Part shown: positions 52,793-61,801 of the stretch, piece by piece | Layout: every line of letters starts with the position of its first letter | Numbering within the stretch: the first letter of the stretch is position 1 | Source: an uncultured Saccharofermentans sp. | GTDB taxonomy: Bacteria > Bacillota > Clostridia > Saccharofermentanales > UBA5734 | DNA length: 64,000 nt | Assembly: GCA_963675845.1 (NCBI GenBank) | Contig: OY776634.1 | Location: forward strand, 1,431,605-1,495,604 | Direction: 5' to 3' | Notes under the pieces: generated by a model | Database searches by the model: none | Told to the model about the DNA's origin: nothing | The model's input: the letters and a program-made list of their open reading frames with translations, nothing else | Position numbers and translations under genes: made by a program

Positions 52793-53860
52793 ATGATGGA
52801 GATTAGTATGCATACTTTTGATTATAAATCTAAACCACTTCAATGCCTGACACCTGATATTGTTGCGCTGATCACAAAGATTCATGAGTGTAAGGGACGG
52901 CAGGAACTGTTCATTGAAGCTAATCAGGATGAATTGAAATCATTGCTGGATATTGCCAGGATACAAAGCACAGGTTCATCTAACCGCATTGAAGGCATTT
53001 ATACATCCGATAAACGTTTGGAAGAGTTAGTCAGCGAAAAATCTGAACCTCGAAACAGATTTGAACAGGAAATAGCAGGATATCGTGAGGTATTGTCATC
53101 CATTCATAATCAATATGAGTACATTGTTCCAAGACCAAATATCATTTTGCAATTACACAGAGACTTATACGCTTACTCAAGTTCTCCGATAGGTGGTTCC
53201 TATAAAAACTCTGATAATTTCATTTCCGAAATAGATGGTGATAGGAAACAGAAGACCAGATTCACCCCCGTATCTGCATTTCAAACACCTGACGCCATGA
53301 ACCAGATGTGTGAAGCATTTTTATCATCATATGAACAGCAGACAATAGATTCACTTATTCTTATACCGATGTTCATTCTGGATTTCCTATGTATTCACCC
53401 GTTCAATGATGGTAATGGCAGGATCAGCCGTTTGCTGACTCTGCTGCTGCTCTATCAAACGGGGTATATTGTTGGGAAGTACATGAGTCTCGAAATGCTG
53501 ATTGAAAAAACCAAAGAAACATATTATGAAGCACTCCAGGATAGCTCAACTGGATGGCATCAAGATGAGAACCGATATGAACCTTTTGTCAAATATTATT
53601 TGGGGATTCTGGTGAAGGCTTATAATGAATTCGAAAACCGTATTGAGCACCTTAAATATCGTAAAATGTCAAAGCCAGAGCGAATCAAGGCTGTTATCGA
53701 ACGGAAAGTTGGCAAGATTACAAAAAAGGAAATTATGGAATATTGCCCTGACATCAGCCAAGTGACTGTTGAAAGAACGCTGACAAATCTGGTTAATAGC
53801 GGCTATATTCAAAAAATTGGGGCAGGGCCTGCAACGGCATATGTAAAAATTGAGCAATAG
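52793..53860 (+). CDS. Fic-family protein (class II, N-terminal inhibitory SxxxEG motif; C-terminal wHTH)
   Basis: Fic active-site motif HPFNDGNGRISR and an inhibitory-helix-like SSNRIEG. It is divergent from the serine recombinase gene. The start is ambiguous (52790 TTG, 52793 ATG or 52808 ATG). Confidence 0.8.
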   Translation: MMEISMHTFDYKSKPLQCLTPDIVALITKIHECKGRQELFIEANQDELKSLLDIARIQSTGSSNRIEGIYTSDKRLEELVSEKSEPRNRFEQEIAGYREVLSSIHNQYEYIVPRPNIILQLHRDLYAYSSSPIGGSYKNSDNFISEIDGDRKQKTRFTPVSAFQTPDAMNQMCEAFLSSYEQQTIDSLILIPMFILDFLCIHPFNDGNGRISRLLTLLLLYQTGYIVGKYMSLEMLIEKTKETYYEALQDSSTGWHQDENRYEPFVKYYLGILVKAYNEFENRIEHLKYRKMSKPERIKAVIERKVGKITKKEIMEYCPDISQVTVERTLTNLVNSGYIQKIGAGPATAYVKIEQ

Positions 53861-53866
53861 AGAACC

Positions 53867-53902
53867 TTATCACCATCAAAATGCTTTAAATGATGGTGAT
53901 AA
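53867..53902. repeat. perfect 12-bp inverted repeat TTATCACCATCA-(12 nt)-TGATGGTGATAA immediately after the Fic stop
   Basis: Read directly from the sequence. AT-rich stem, so it could be an operator or recombination site rather than a canonical terminator. Confidence 0.5.
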
Positions 53903-54067
53903 AATATTGAATGATGGAGAAGCTGATTTATATCGAGCTTAGGCTCTGGCTTCCTGGTTATGAGAAGATATCCATCCTGACCACTTACTCCTATGCGCAA
54001 ATGTTCCCTTGGCCCAATGAGGTTTTTTGGTGATGTTGACTTGAATGAAGAAGCAAAAATTATGTGA

Positions 54068-54157
54068 AAATCACATCAAAACATCGAGCTGGGGCTCTCG
54101 AACCATGCTGAGACGGTGGTATTGATGTTAAGAGTCGAGGTTGGAAAGACGATATAA
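54068..54157 (+). pseudogene. displaced rlmD 3'-end fragment 1 (translates ...IELGLSNHAETVVLMLRVEVGKTI*)
   Basis: The in-frame translation is homologous to the intact RlmD C-terminus (GHVETVVLMSRVNK). It shares the core GAGACGGTGGTATTGATGT with the intact gene (GAGACCGTTGTATTGATGT). Confidence 0.7.
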
Positions 54158-54259
54158 AGGCGTTTGCGGTTTTGATGAAAAATAGAGAGTGAGCATCGTC
54201 ACAAGCCGGACATGCAAGTGTGCAGATCGATGGGGAGATATCGCAAAATGGTATTTTGC

Positions 54260-54310
54260 GAGTGGTCAGGCTGGATGTTGAGGGCGTGCCAGTGGTCAGG
54301 CTGATATTAT
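54260..54310 (+). repeat. iteron-like direct repeats (GAGTGGTCAGGCTGGATG / CAGTGGTCAGGCTGATAT)
   Basis: Two units spaced 30 bp apart, preceded by a small perfect hairpin CGCAAAAT-ggt-ATTTTGCG at 54242-54260. Confidence 0.55.
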
Positions 54311-54358
54311 ATGAAACGTGCTGTTATTTGACCAAATGTCACGATCGGGAGGAAATGT

Positions 54359-54847
54359 ATGAAAACGCTGAATCAGCTTATAGGTGAATATACTTGCCAT
54401 TTGCAGCAGGGAGAAATTCAGATTGCATATAAGGGAATATTGGAGTTCATTGGTAAATTGCGAGCTGATTTCGTTAAAAAATATCCGTGTTATGACACAA
54501 GTAGCATATACCAGGGCTATATGGACATGTCGTATTTTTCATTAAGCACAAAACCTTTAAAGGATAAGGGGCTAAAGATTGCTATCGTCTACCTGCACGA
54601 AAAAGGCAACTTTGAAGTATGGCTTTCCGCCCGAAACAGAGAAATATCCAAGCAATATGAGTCTGTATTTTGCGGTAAATCTTTGGATGGGATTACAGTA
54701 TTTCATGACGATAATAATCAGGACGCCATCATAGAATATACCTTAATTTCTTCACCAGATTTTGAGGATCAGGTAATTTTGACAGATATTATCGAGCAAG
54801 GTATCGAAGTGTTCATAACGGCTGTAAGCAATCACCTTTTATGCTAA
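54359..54847 (+). CDS. hypothetical protein (162 aa)
   Basis: An RBS (GGGAGG) precedes the ATG. No recognisable motif. Confidence 0.45.
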   Translation: MKTLNQLIGEYTCHLQQGEIQIAYKGILEFIGKLRADFVKKYPCYDTSSIYQGYMDMSYFSLSTKPLKDKGLKIAIVYLHEKGNFEVWLSARNREISKQYESVFCGKSLDGITVFHDDNNQDAIIEYTLISSPDFEDQVILTDIIEQGIEVFITAVSNHLLC

Positions 54848-54885
54848 ATTTATAGTTGATGAGCAAGATAGAAATGACATTTTGC

Positions 54886-54966
54886 GTGTGGTCAGGTTAA
54901 ATAACAGCGAAAATTGAGTGGTCAGGTTAGATGTCGGGTGAGAGCAAGTGGTCAGGTTGGATGTTT
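54886..54966 (+). repeat. iteron-like direct repeats, three units (GTGTGGTCAGGTTAAATAACAGCG / GAGTGGTCAGGTTAGATGTCGGG / AAGTGGTCAGGTTGGATG)
   Basis: Units at ~30-bp periodicity. They are nearly identical to the pair at 60589-60653. Confidence 0.65.
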
Positions 54967-55060
54967 TTCAAATACTTTGAGGTGAATGATAATATCAATG
55001 TTGATTTTATATAGAATTGTTTAGCCTCGAGCATTTAGGCCGCTTGGGAAGGAATCACAA

Positions 55061-56143
55061 ATGCAAAAAACGAATCGAATTGTTCAAATGCTTAGAATAA
55101 TCATGCCTGTGGTGGGAGTCATCTGTCTTGTGGTATTCCCGCCTTGGGACGGAATATGGGCTTGGATAACACCATTGCCTGACACTGTGCAAGAACAAGT
55201 TGATGACGCGATTGGTCATGGCTTGGATGGAATCGTTGTTTATGTTGATGAAGCAGGCCAACCACCAGCATTTTATACTGCTGGCTGGAAAGACCGAGAT
55301 AATCAAATACCAGCCGACCCGCAATCTTATTTCAAGATTGGGAGTGTCAGTAAGTTATATGATGCTGTTGCTGTTACTAAATTGGTCAATGACGGACGCT
55401 TGTCTTTAGATAAAACGCTTGCAGATTTCTTTCCAGAGCTAGCTGGAAGGGTTGAATATGCAGATGAGATAACCTTGAGAATGTTGGTCCAACATCGTAG
55501 TGGTATTCCCAATTTAACCGACCAGCCTGGTTACCGCTGGGATAACCCACCGAAAACCAGTAGAGAAGCACTTGCATTGATACTGGATAGGCCTGCTGAC
55601 TTTGAACCGGGTGAGAAATATGCTTATTCAAACACGAATTATTTATTGATTTCTGAAATTATTGAAAAGGTGTTGGGTTATAGCAATTTTCAGTACATCA
55701 AGGAGGAGATTTTGACCCCACTTGGCCTAAAGAATACCTTCGGGTCAATTCATGATGTGAATTTGGACGATGTTATGAGCGGCTATTACGTAGGCGTTGA
55801 GTCCGATTTTAAACATATTGATGCTGGAATAGTAGCGACAGCGGAAGATGTGGGTATATTCTTGAGAGCATTGAACGATGGCTCATTGCTTAATGATAAT
55901 GAGCAGGCCATTTACTCTTCAATATATGTGTATGGACATACCGGCTGGGTCCTGGGATACCAAAGCTTTGCTCGTTACCACAACGACATTGATACAGTCG
56001 TGGTGCAATTTGTGAATACAACCGGTGGAACCCCGATTATTCCGTTTTTCGATACACAAGGCGGAACCAAGGTGATGGTATCGGAGGTTGTTTACAATCG
56101 TATTGTCCGAATTCTGCGCAAGGAAATGAAGCTTGATGATTGA
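55061..56143 (+). CDS. serine hydrolase, beta-lactamase/PBP (class C-like) family
   Basis: SVSK (SxxK) active-site motif within ...YFKIGSVSKLYDAVAV... A YSN-like motif (YAYSNTNY) follows. Length is 360 aa. Confidence 0.75.
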   Translation: MQKTNRIVQMLRIIMPVVGVICLVVFPPWDGIWAWITPLPDTVQEQVDDAIGHGLDGIVVYVDEAGQPPAFYTAGWKDRDNQIPADPQSYFKIGSVSKLYDAVAVTKLVNDGRLSLDKTLADFFPELAGRVEYADEITLRMLVQHRSGIPNLTDQPGYRWDNPPKTSREALALILDRPADFEPGEKYAYSNTNYLLISEIIEKVLGYSNFQYIKEEILTPLGLKNTFGSIHDVNLDDVMSGYYVGVESDFKHIDAGIVATAEDVGIFLRALNDGSLLNDNEQAIYSSIYVYGHTGWVLGYQSFARYHNDIDTVVVQFVNTTGGTPIIPFFDTQGGTKVMVSEVVYNRIVRILRKEMKLDD

Positions 56144-56225
56144 GCTTACAGATCTTCGTTCGAGATTATCGTACATGACATGAATGAAGCTTGTCTCAAT
56201 TTATGAGGAAGGATCACAGAATTAT

Positions 56226-56840
56226 ATGGATAATAGCGTTATAAAGAAATATAGAGACTATGCATCTAAAATAGGCGATAGAGAATCTCTTTATGAAGCT
56301 GTAGCAAAAGAATTCTCTATTTGTAATGCCATTTATCCTGGATCACATATTGATATAGCCCCATCTCTGTTTATTCCTGAAGTAACCTATATTGATAATT
56401 TTAAGGGTGCAATTAGTTTTTTCAAACATCAGGACATCATAAAAGAATATATTGAGCATAACAAAAAGTATTCAGATGCTTGTAAGATTGATTTCATTGG
56501 GCAGGACTACACTCAACCACTTGAGATTGATCAAGTCGACTTGATTATTTCTCAGTATGCTGGTTTTGTCAGCCAGGCAACAAAGCGATATCTAAAAATT
56601 GGTGGAATCCTGTTGTGCAATGACAGTCATGGAGACGCAACGATGGCAAGATTTGATGATGATTTTGAGTTTATTGGCATTGTAGATAATCAAAACAAAA
56701 TTCGATTAACCGACATAGAGAATTACTTCAAATTACCAAAAGGAAAATCCGTTGATCTGGAAATAGTTAAATTAAAAATGAAGGGTTTGAAATATACATT
56801 GGTTGCTGAGAATTACATATTTCGCAAACTAACCTCTTAA
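56226..56840 (+). CDS. hypothetical protein (possible Rossmann/methyltransferase-like fold)
   Basis: ...VDLIISQYAGF...LKIGGILLCND... resembles MTase motifs II/III but no GxGxG motif was seen. The start is uncertain (56184 or 56226). Confidence 0.4.
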   Translation: MDNSVIKKYRDYASKIGDRESLYEAVAKEFSICNAIYPGSHIDIAPSLFIPEVTYIDNFKGAISFFKHQDIIKEYIEHNKKYSDACKIDFIGQDYTQPLEIDQVDLIISQYAGFVSQATKRYLKIGGILLCNDSHGDATMARFDDDFEFIGIVDNQNKIRLTDIENYFKLPKGKSVDLEIVKLKMKGLKYTLVAENYIFRKLTS

Positions 56841-57935
56841 AATCAACCATCACCCCTGACCGGAAAACCACCACGAACCGATCCTCATGAACCGTGACCT
56901 TGTCGATCAATCGCTGAACCAGTTTCTCGTCATATTCTTTGATGACCGTCGACTGCTTTCGGAGGGAAATGCTCATTTCGGAGATCCGCTTGCGAAGATC
57001 ATCCCGGCCGGCGTTTTCCACTTGAGCCTTCTGTTTTTCATCACGCAGTCGGTAGATTTCCTTGGTCACAAGGGTAATGTCAGCATGGGCACTGGCCAGC
57101 TTCAACAGTTGGATTTGCAGATCGTTCAGCCGCTGCTCAATGTCCTCGATCGCAGCATCATTTTTCATGCTGAGCACAGTGGCAATGTTGTTCTGCACAG
57201 TGGCCAGGAATGAATCCCGGCTTTTCAAGGTGGTGTTGATGGCGGTGACCAGAACCTGCTCAATGGTGCTTTCCAGAACCGTGCGAGCATCGCAGAACAC
57301 GCCAGTGTTTTCCAGCCGGCTGGCGCAGCGCCAAACGATTGATCGCTTACCGCGATTGTTCCAATGGACCCGACGATCGTACGGCTTGAGCAGATTTTGA
57401 CAGTGTGGACAGGCGATGGTTTCCGTCCCCGTGATTACAAACGATTTTGACTATCCCATTTTCTCTGGAAACGTGATACAATAACCATGTTTTTATTTTT
57501 GAAGACCTCGGGATGCTCCAACGTCAATTGGAGCTAGTCAACCCGGGGCCTTTTTCTTTCCTCCCGAATTATTCTTCGGTCATTATATCCGGCAGGTTTT
57601 GGACAGGCAAGTCCGGTAGCTTCTAGACACTATATCCCGGCTCAAGCACCAGGTACTCCCGATAGATGCGTTTAACAACCTCAGCTTCTTCTAAGACGAT
57701 GATCAGTTTGTCGTTTTCGCCGCGGGTGTATCCCGGAAATCGCTTGCAATTGACCTGAACCTCTTCCTTGCTGGTATCGGTACTGCAGGCCCATTTTCAC
57801 GTTCTGACTCAGCGACTGGCTTTCCTGCTGAGCAAGCGATGCCATGATCGTCAACATGACTTCACTTTTGTCATCCATGGAATTGTTGCTTTCTTTATAA
57901 CCCGATATGGGTAAATATTGGATAATAATACCCAC
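56767..57935 (-). pseudogene. large serine recombinase remnant (5'-truncated, internal deletion and frameshift)
   Basis: Segments homologous to the element-I recombinase: ...[31 protein letters not shown]..., then a frame switch to [39 protein letters not shown], then a gap, then ...[52 protein letters not shown]... to the C-terminus. The catalytic N-terminus is absent. Confidence 0.7.
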
Positions 57936-57994
57936 AATTCATTGACATGGGTAATAAATGTCAGTAAAATACCCATGTAAGGGGATTATATGTC

Positions 57995-59065
57995 ATGAAT
58001 GAGCAAAAACTACCTATGTTGCCACCAAATGCTGAATTGGAAACTAAAGCTGTGCTCAAGCAGCTGGCAAGATCCAATCGAGCATTGGCTGAACTGAAAG
58101 GTTATGCAGATACTATTCCGAATAAACATATTTTGATCAATGCGGTCATAATCAATGAGGCTAAGGATAGTTCTGCAATTGAAAATATCATAACAACCCA
58201 TGACGATCTTTATAAAGCTATGAGTGATGCAAGTGGTGCAAGTCATGCCGCAAAAGAAGTTGTGAGCTACAGGGCTGCTTTATGGCAAGGATATGAGTTG
58301 GTTATGGCACGTGAAATGCTGACAACAAATATGCTTGTTGAGATACAAGGAATTATTGAGAAAAACCGAGCAGGAATACGAAAACTGCCTGGTACCGTCC
58401 TTCGGAATGAAAGAACAGGTGAAACTGTATATACGCCGCCTGCAGGTGAATCTGAAATCAGAGAACTCTTAAATAATCTAGAAAAATACATCAATGAAGA
58501 CAATAATGATCTGGATCCATTAATAAAGCTGGCAGTCATCCATTACCAGTTTGAAAGCATCCATCCTTTCTATGACGGCAATGGAAGGACCGGCAGAATC
58601 ATAAATGTGCTTTACTTGGTATTGAAGGAATTGCTCCATAGTCCGATTCTTTATTTGAGCAGCTATATTATCAAGAACAAGTCAGCCTATTACAGATTGC
58701 TTCAGGAAGTTCGAACCCAAGAAAATTGGGAAGAATGGGTACTCTATATTCTCACAGGTATTGAAGAAACAGCAGAAGAGACACTGAGATTAGTCAAGAG
58801 AATCAATTTTGAAGTTGAAACAATGAGTGCTGAGATAAAGGAGAAACTTCCTAAAATTTATTCGAAAGAACTAATTGATTTGCTGTTTCATGAGTTTTAT
58901 ACAAAAACGATATATATTGAAAACGGCTTATCAGTAACAAGAAAGACTGCCGCAAATTACCTGTCTTCTCTTGAAAAAGAGGGCTTTCTTACTTCAGAAA
59001 AGATAGGAAGGGAGCGGATTTATCAAAACAAAAGATTGTACGACTTGGTTAAGTACGGGCAATGA
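57995..59065 (+). CDS. Fic-family protein (class II, inhibitory SAIEN motif; C-terminal wHTH)
   Basis: HPFYDGNGRTGR Fic motif and an SSAIEN inhibitory-helix-like motif. It is divergent from the recombinase remnant, as in element I. Confidence 0.8.
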   Translation: MNEQKLPMLPPNAELETKAVLKQLARSNRALAELKGYADTIPNKHILINAVIINEAKDSSAIENIITTHDDLYKAMSDASGASHAAKEVVSYRAALWQGYELVMAREMLTTNMLVEIQGIIEKNRAGIRKLPGTVLRNERTGETVYTPPAGESEIRELLNNLEKYINEDNNDLDPLIKLAVIHYQFESIHPFYDGNGRTGRIINVLYLVLKELLHSPILYLSSYIIKNKSAYYRLLQEVRTQENWEEWVLYILTGIEETAEETLRLVKRINFEVETMSAEIKEKLPKIYSKELIDLLFHEFYTKTIYIENGLSVTRKTAANYLSSLEKEGFLTSEKIGRERIYQNKRLYDLVKYGQ

Positions 59066-59355
59066 AGCTGAAATAGTATATCAGGCAACCTGGCATACAG
59101 TTATCTTTCTCAAAAATCACCGGGATGTTCTTATCCTTCAGCTGCCGGATGTATTATAGGCAATCCAGCGTATTTCGGGCAAACCGACTGATCGACTTGG
59201 TGATGACCATGCCAATATTGCATCCATGTACTCGTTATTTTTGCGATTGATTCGCCACTTTAGGGTAATATAAATAATCGTATTGATATTTGGCTTTGCC
59301 GCTTGCTTATGCCATAACATCAAGCAAGAAAGTCAAGTTAAAGCGTGGTGATCAC

Positions 59356-59694
59356 ATGAAACATTCACGGGAAATCTTAAATCTCGCAAAACAGAATAAT
59401 GGTGTAATCACCACCGCGATGGTTGTTGCAGCCGGTTTTCCGCGAGGAAGCCTTAAATATCTGGTGGATACCGGAGTTCTAGAAAAAGCTTCACGCAGTG
59501 TCTATATTCTGCCAGAGGTTTTGGAAGATGAATTCGTCAACCTGCAGAGCAGATTTAAACGCGGTATCTTTTCTCTGGGGACAGCGTTGTTTCTCTGTGA
59601 CTTGACGGACAGAACTCCAGGGAAGTATCACATGACATTCCCCAGCACTTATAATCTTTCGGGCCCGAAGGAAGCAGGTATCTTGTGCATATGA
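59356..59694 (+). CDS. AbiEi-like antitoxin (type IV TA), short form
   Basis: MKHSREILNLAKQNNGVITTAMVVAAGFPRGSLKYLVDTGVLEKASRSVYIL is an AbiEi N-terminal wHTH-like domain. It overlaps the downstream nucleotidyltransferase gene by 10 nt. Confidence 0.55.
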   Translation: MKHSREILNLAKQNNGVITTAMVVAAGFPRGSLKYLVDTGVLEKASRSVYILPEVLEDEFVNLQSRFKRGIFSLGTALFLCDLTDRTPGKYHMTFPSTYNLSGPKEAGILCI

Positions 59695-60358
59695 TCGGAC
59701 TCGATTCCAGAGCAACGATGGATATGGATGCAACGATTAAACGATATCCGGTAAGCGGGGAGACTGTTCGGACGATGGTTGAGGAAATTCTCAGGATCGA
59801 TCTTGATGACGTTATTTCTTTCACATTCAAGAAAATCGGAGAGATCAGAGAAGGGGATGAATACCCAGGATATCGTGTTTCACTAGTTGCTAATTATCCG
59901 CCTATGGCAGTTCCGCTGAAATTAGATATCACTGCGGGTGATAAAATCACACCACGCGAGATTGTATATGATTATAGACTGATGCTGGAGAATCGCAGTA
60001 TAAATGTGCTTGCCTATAATCTGGCAACAATACTGGCCGAAAAACTTGAAACCGTTATTTCTCGCGGCGATTAAAACACCAGAACGAGAGACTACTACGA
60101 TATCTTTATCCTGATAAAACTGCAGGCGGAGAATATTGATCTTAAAAACTTAGCCTTGGCTTTGCGTAAAACAGCCAGGAAAAGGGGCTCGGAGACGATA
60201 GTTAGGCAGTACCGGAGAGCATGGAAGCCGTGAGAAATAGTGAAGCTATGAACCGGCAGTGGTCCAATTACCGCAAGGATTTTGACTATGCAACCAACAT
60301 AGAATTTTTGGAAGTCTGTGATGTTGTAGCCAGCGTGATGTATAACCTGCTGGAATGA
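59685..60358 (+). pseudogene. AbiEii/AbiGii-family nucleotidyltransferase toxin, disrupted (in-frame TAA plus 3' frameshift)
   Basis: The N-terminal segment ends ...LETVISRGD-TAA-NTRTRDYYDIFILIKLQ..., continuing in the same frame. The C-terminal segment ...EAMNRQWSNYRKDFDYATNIEFLEVCDVVASVMYNLLE is in a different frame. Near the 5' end, EILRIDLDDVISFTFKKIGEIREGD resembles the family's conserved N-terminal region. Confidence 0.6.
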
Positions 60359-60478
60359 ACAGTCCAGTCATCAATCGTGGTTTTTCACAGACCTATACTC
60401 ACAGACATCAAAGGCAAGCTCTCGAACCACGTTAAGACGGTGGTCTTGATGTCGAGGGTTGAGGTTGGAAATGCCTGA
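60359..60478 (+). pseudogene. displaced rlmD 3'-end fragment 2 (translates ...VQSSIVVFHRPILTDIKGKLSNHVKTVVLMSRVEVGNA*)
   Basis: Homologous to the RlmD C-terminus (YEVQSIQPVDMFPWTGHVETVVLMSRVNK). It is ~80% identical to fragment 1 over the core and shares the GAGGTTGGAAA segment downstream of it. Confidence 0.7.
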
Positions 60479-60588
60479 CAATGTAGGGTTTGCCGATTTA
60501 GGGGATAATGGGGAAGTGAGAATAATGACGACCTTGGCCTTGTAAGAGAACAGATCGACGCGAGGAGACAGGAAAAATGGCAAGACTT

Positions 60589-60653
60589 GTGTGGTCAGGT
60601 TAGATAACAGCGACAATCGAGTGGTCAGATTAGATGTCGGGGTGAAGTTGAGC
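60589..60653 (+). repeat. iteron-like direct repeats (GTGTGGTCAGGTTAGATAACAGCGACAATC / GAGTGGTCAGATTAGATGTCGGGGTG)
   Basis: Near-identical to units 1-2 at 54886-54947, and at the same position relative to the rlmD fragment. Confidence 0.65.
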
Positions 60654-60730
60654 CTAGCTTGATATGGTACAATCGATACAAGAAATAGATAATTCAAAAT
60701 ATGAAGTATATGTAAGAATAGGGAACAATC

Positions 60731-61324
60731 GTGATGAAATTAGACGTTAAAAACTTAGAATGGACACGTGAGCCAAATGATTATGTAATTACTGAAGATA
60801 AAGTGGAAATTACGACGAAACCACATACAGATTTATGGCAAAGAACCTATTATCATTTTAGAAACGATAATGCACCGGTTCTGCAAATGGAAACAAAGGA
60901 AAAGTTTTTTTCATTTAGCGTTAAAACTGACTTTGATAGTAAAAAACGATTCGATCAATGTGGGGTTGTTGTGTACCTTGATCGTGATAATTGGATTAAA
61001 GGATCTATTGAGTTTGAAAATGAACATTTTCAACATTTAGGAAGTGTTGTTACAAACAATGGTTATTCTGATTGGGCAACAACAGAAATTCCAGCTAATA
61101 TCAAATCAATGTGGTACCGCATAAGTCGTAGAGAAGATGATTTTTGCATAGAGTGTTCTAGTGATGGTAAAACTTATCAGCAGATGAGAATATGCCATAT
61201 GTTCAATGCACAAAATATTATTAAGTTTGGAATTTATGCGTGTAGTCCAGAAGACTCTACCTTTAAAGCAACATTTTCAAACATGGAAATTACCGAATGC
61301 CAGTGGCCTGCACATACAAGTTAG
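60731..61324 (+). CDS. DUF1349-like (concanavalin-A-like lectin/glucanase fold) protein
   Basis: 197 aa. ...LEWTREPNDY...DLWQRTYYHF... resembles DUF1349/YesU-like proteins, from memory. Confidence 0.5.
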   Translation: MMKLDVKNLEWTREPNDYVITEDKVEITTKPHTDLWQRTYYHFRNDNAPVLQMETKEKFFSFSVKTDFDSKKRFDQCGVVVYLDRDNWIKGSIEFENEHFQHLGSVVTNNGYSDWATTEIPANIKSMWYRISRREDDFCIECSSDGKTYQQMRICHMFNAQNIIKFGIYACSPEDSTFKATFSNMEITECQWPAHTS

Positions 61325-61801
61325 CAACAAGGACTCTCTCACTTGGTGAACTAAAGAAACTTATGAAAAAAGCAGCGTAAATACTAGAAGCAGTGACCAT
61401 GACAATAATGCATGTTTAAGAGGCCTGAGTCATCTGGAGCAGGCCTTGCCAACGGGATATGGACTCAGTTACGTCAGATGGACAAAAACCTCGTTGGCAG
61501 ACAGGTTGCTGAATATGACGCGCATGAGTTTTTCGTCGGTATGGCCAAGGGCAATGAAATAACGCTTGCCTTGGGCCTGCGTGGCAGCCTGGCATCGACC
61601 AAAAGTCTCGCAATGCTAAGCGGCCAGCCGTGCCGCCTGCATCAAAATCCAGCGCGGATAGATTGAGCCGTGCTTAACCATCGGTGTTTTATCAGCTTTG
61701 AATATGCCAATGCTGATTTATATCAAGAATCTGTCAGAAAAGCTGTAAGCCAGGCGATCAGAAAGCATGTAGATAGCCATTGGGAATAAGGGAGACGCAC
61801 A

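Larger units (their letters stand above)
48624..54067 (+). mobile_element. integrative element I (newest copy) inserted at the rlmD 3' end: XRE regulator, small ORFs, large serine recombinase, Fic
   Basis: It begins at the rlmD stop and ends at displaced rlmD 3'-end fragment 1. It is visibly AT-richer than the flanking chromosome. The recombinase is at the distal end. Confidence 0.55.
54068..60358 (+). mobile_element. integrative element II (older copy): cargo genes, decayed serine recombinase, Fic, AbiEi/AbiEii
   Basis: It is bounded by rlmD 3'-end fragments 1 and 2. It has the same module order as element I (cargo, then recombinase on the - strand, then Fic on the + strand). Confidence 0.5.

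Noticed and set aside
54068-54157. The ...GCTCTCGAACC...GGTTGGAAA repeat pair considered as a tRNA/tmRNA-derived att site or small structured RNA
   Set aside because: No cloverleaf could be drawn. Instead both copies translate in frame to an RlmD C-terminus-like peptide (LSNH.xTVVLM.RVEVG). They are displaced 3' ends of rlmD.
54886-54966. Possible CRISPR array formed by the GTGGTCAGG repeats
   Set aside because: Repeat units are only ~15 nt with ~15-nt spacers. They are imperfect and number at most three per locus, with no cas genes nearby. The pattern fits protein-binding iterons, not CRISPR.
61412-61666. 84-aa + strand and 65-aa - strand ORFs in a GC-richer patch of the island
   Set aside because: There is no RBS or motif, and the two mutually overlap. 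This is more likely a relic of a displaced gene than a live CDS. It is reported only as a remnant within a finding.
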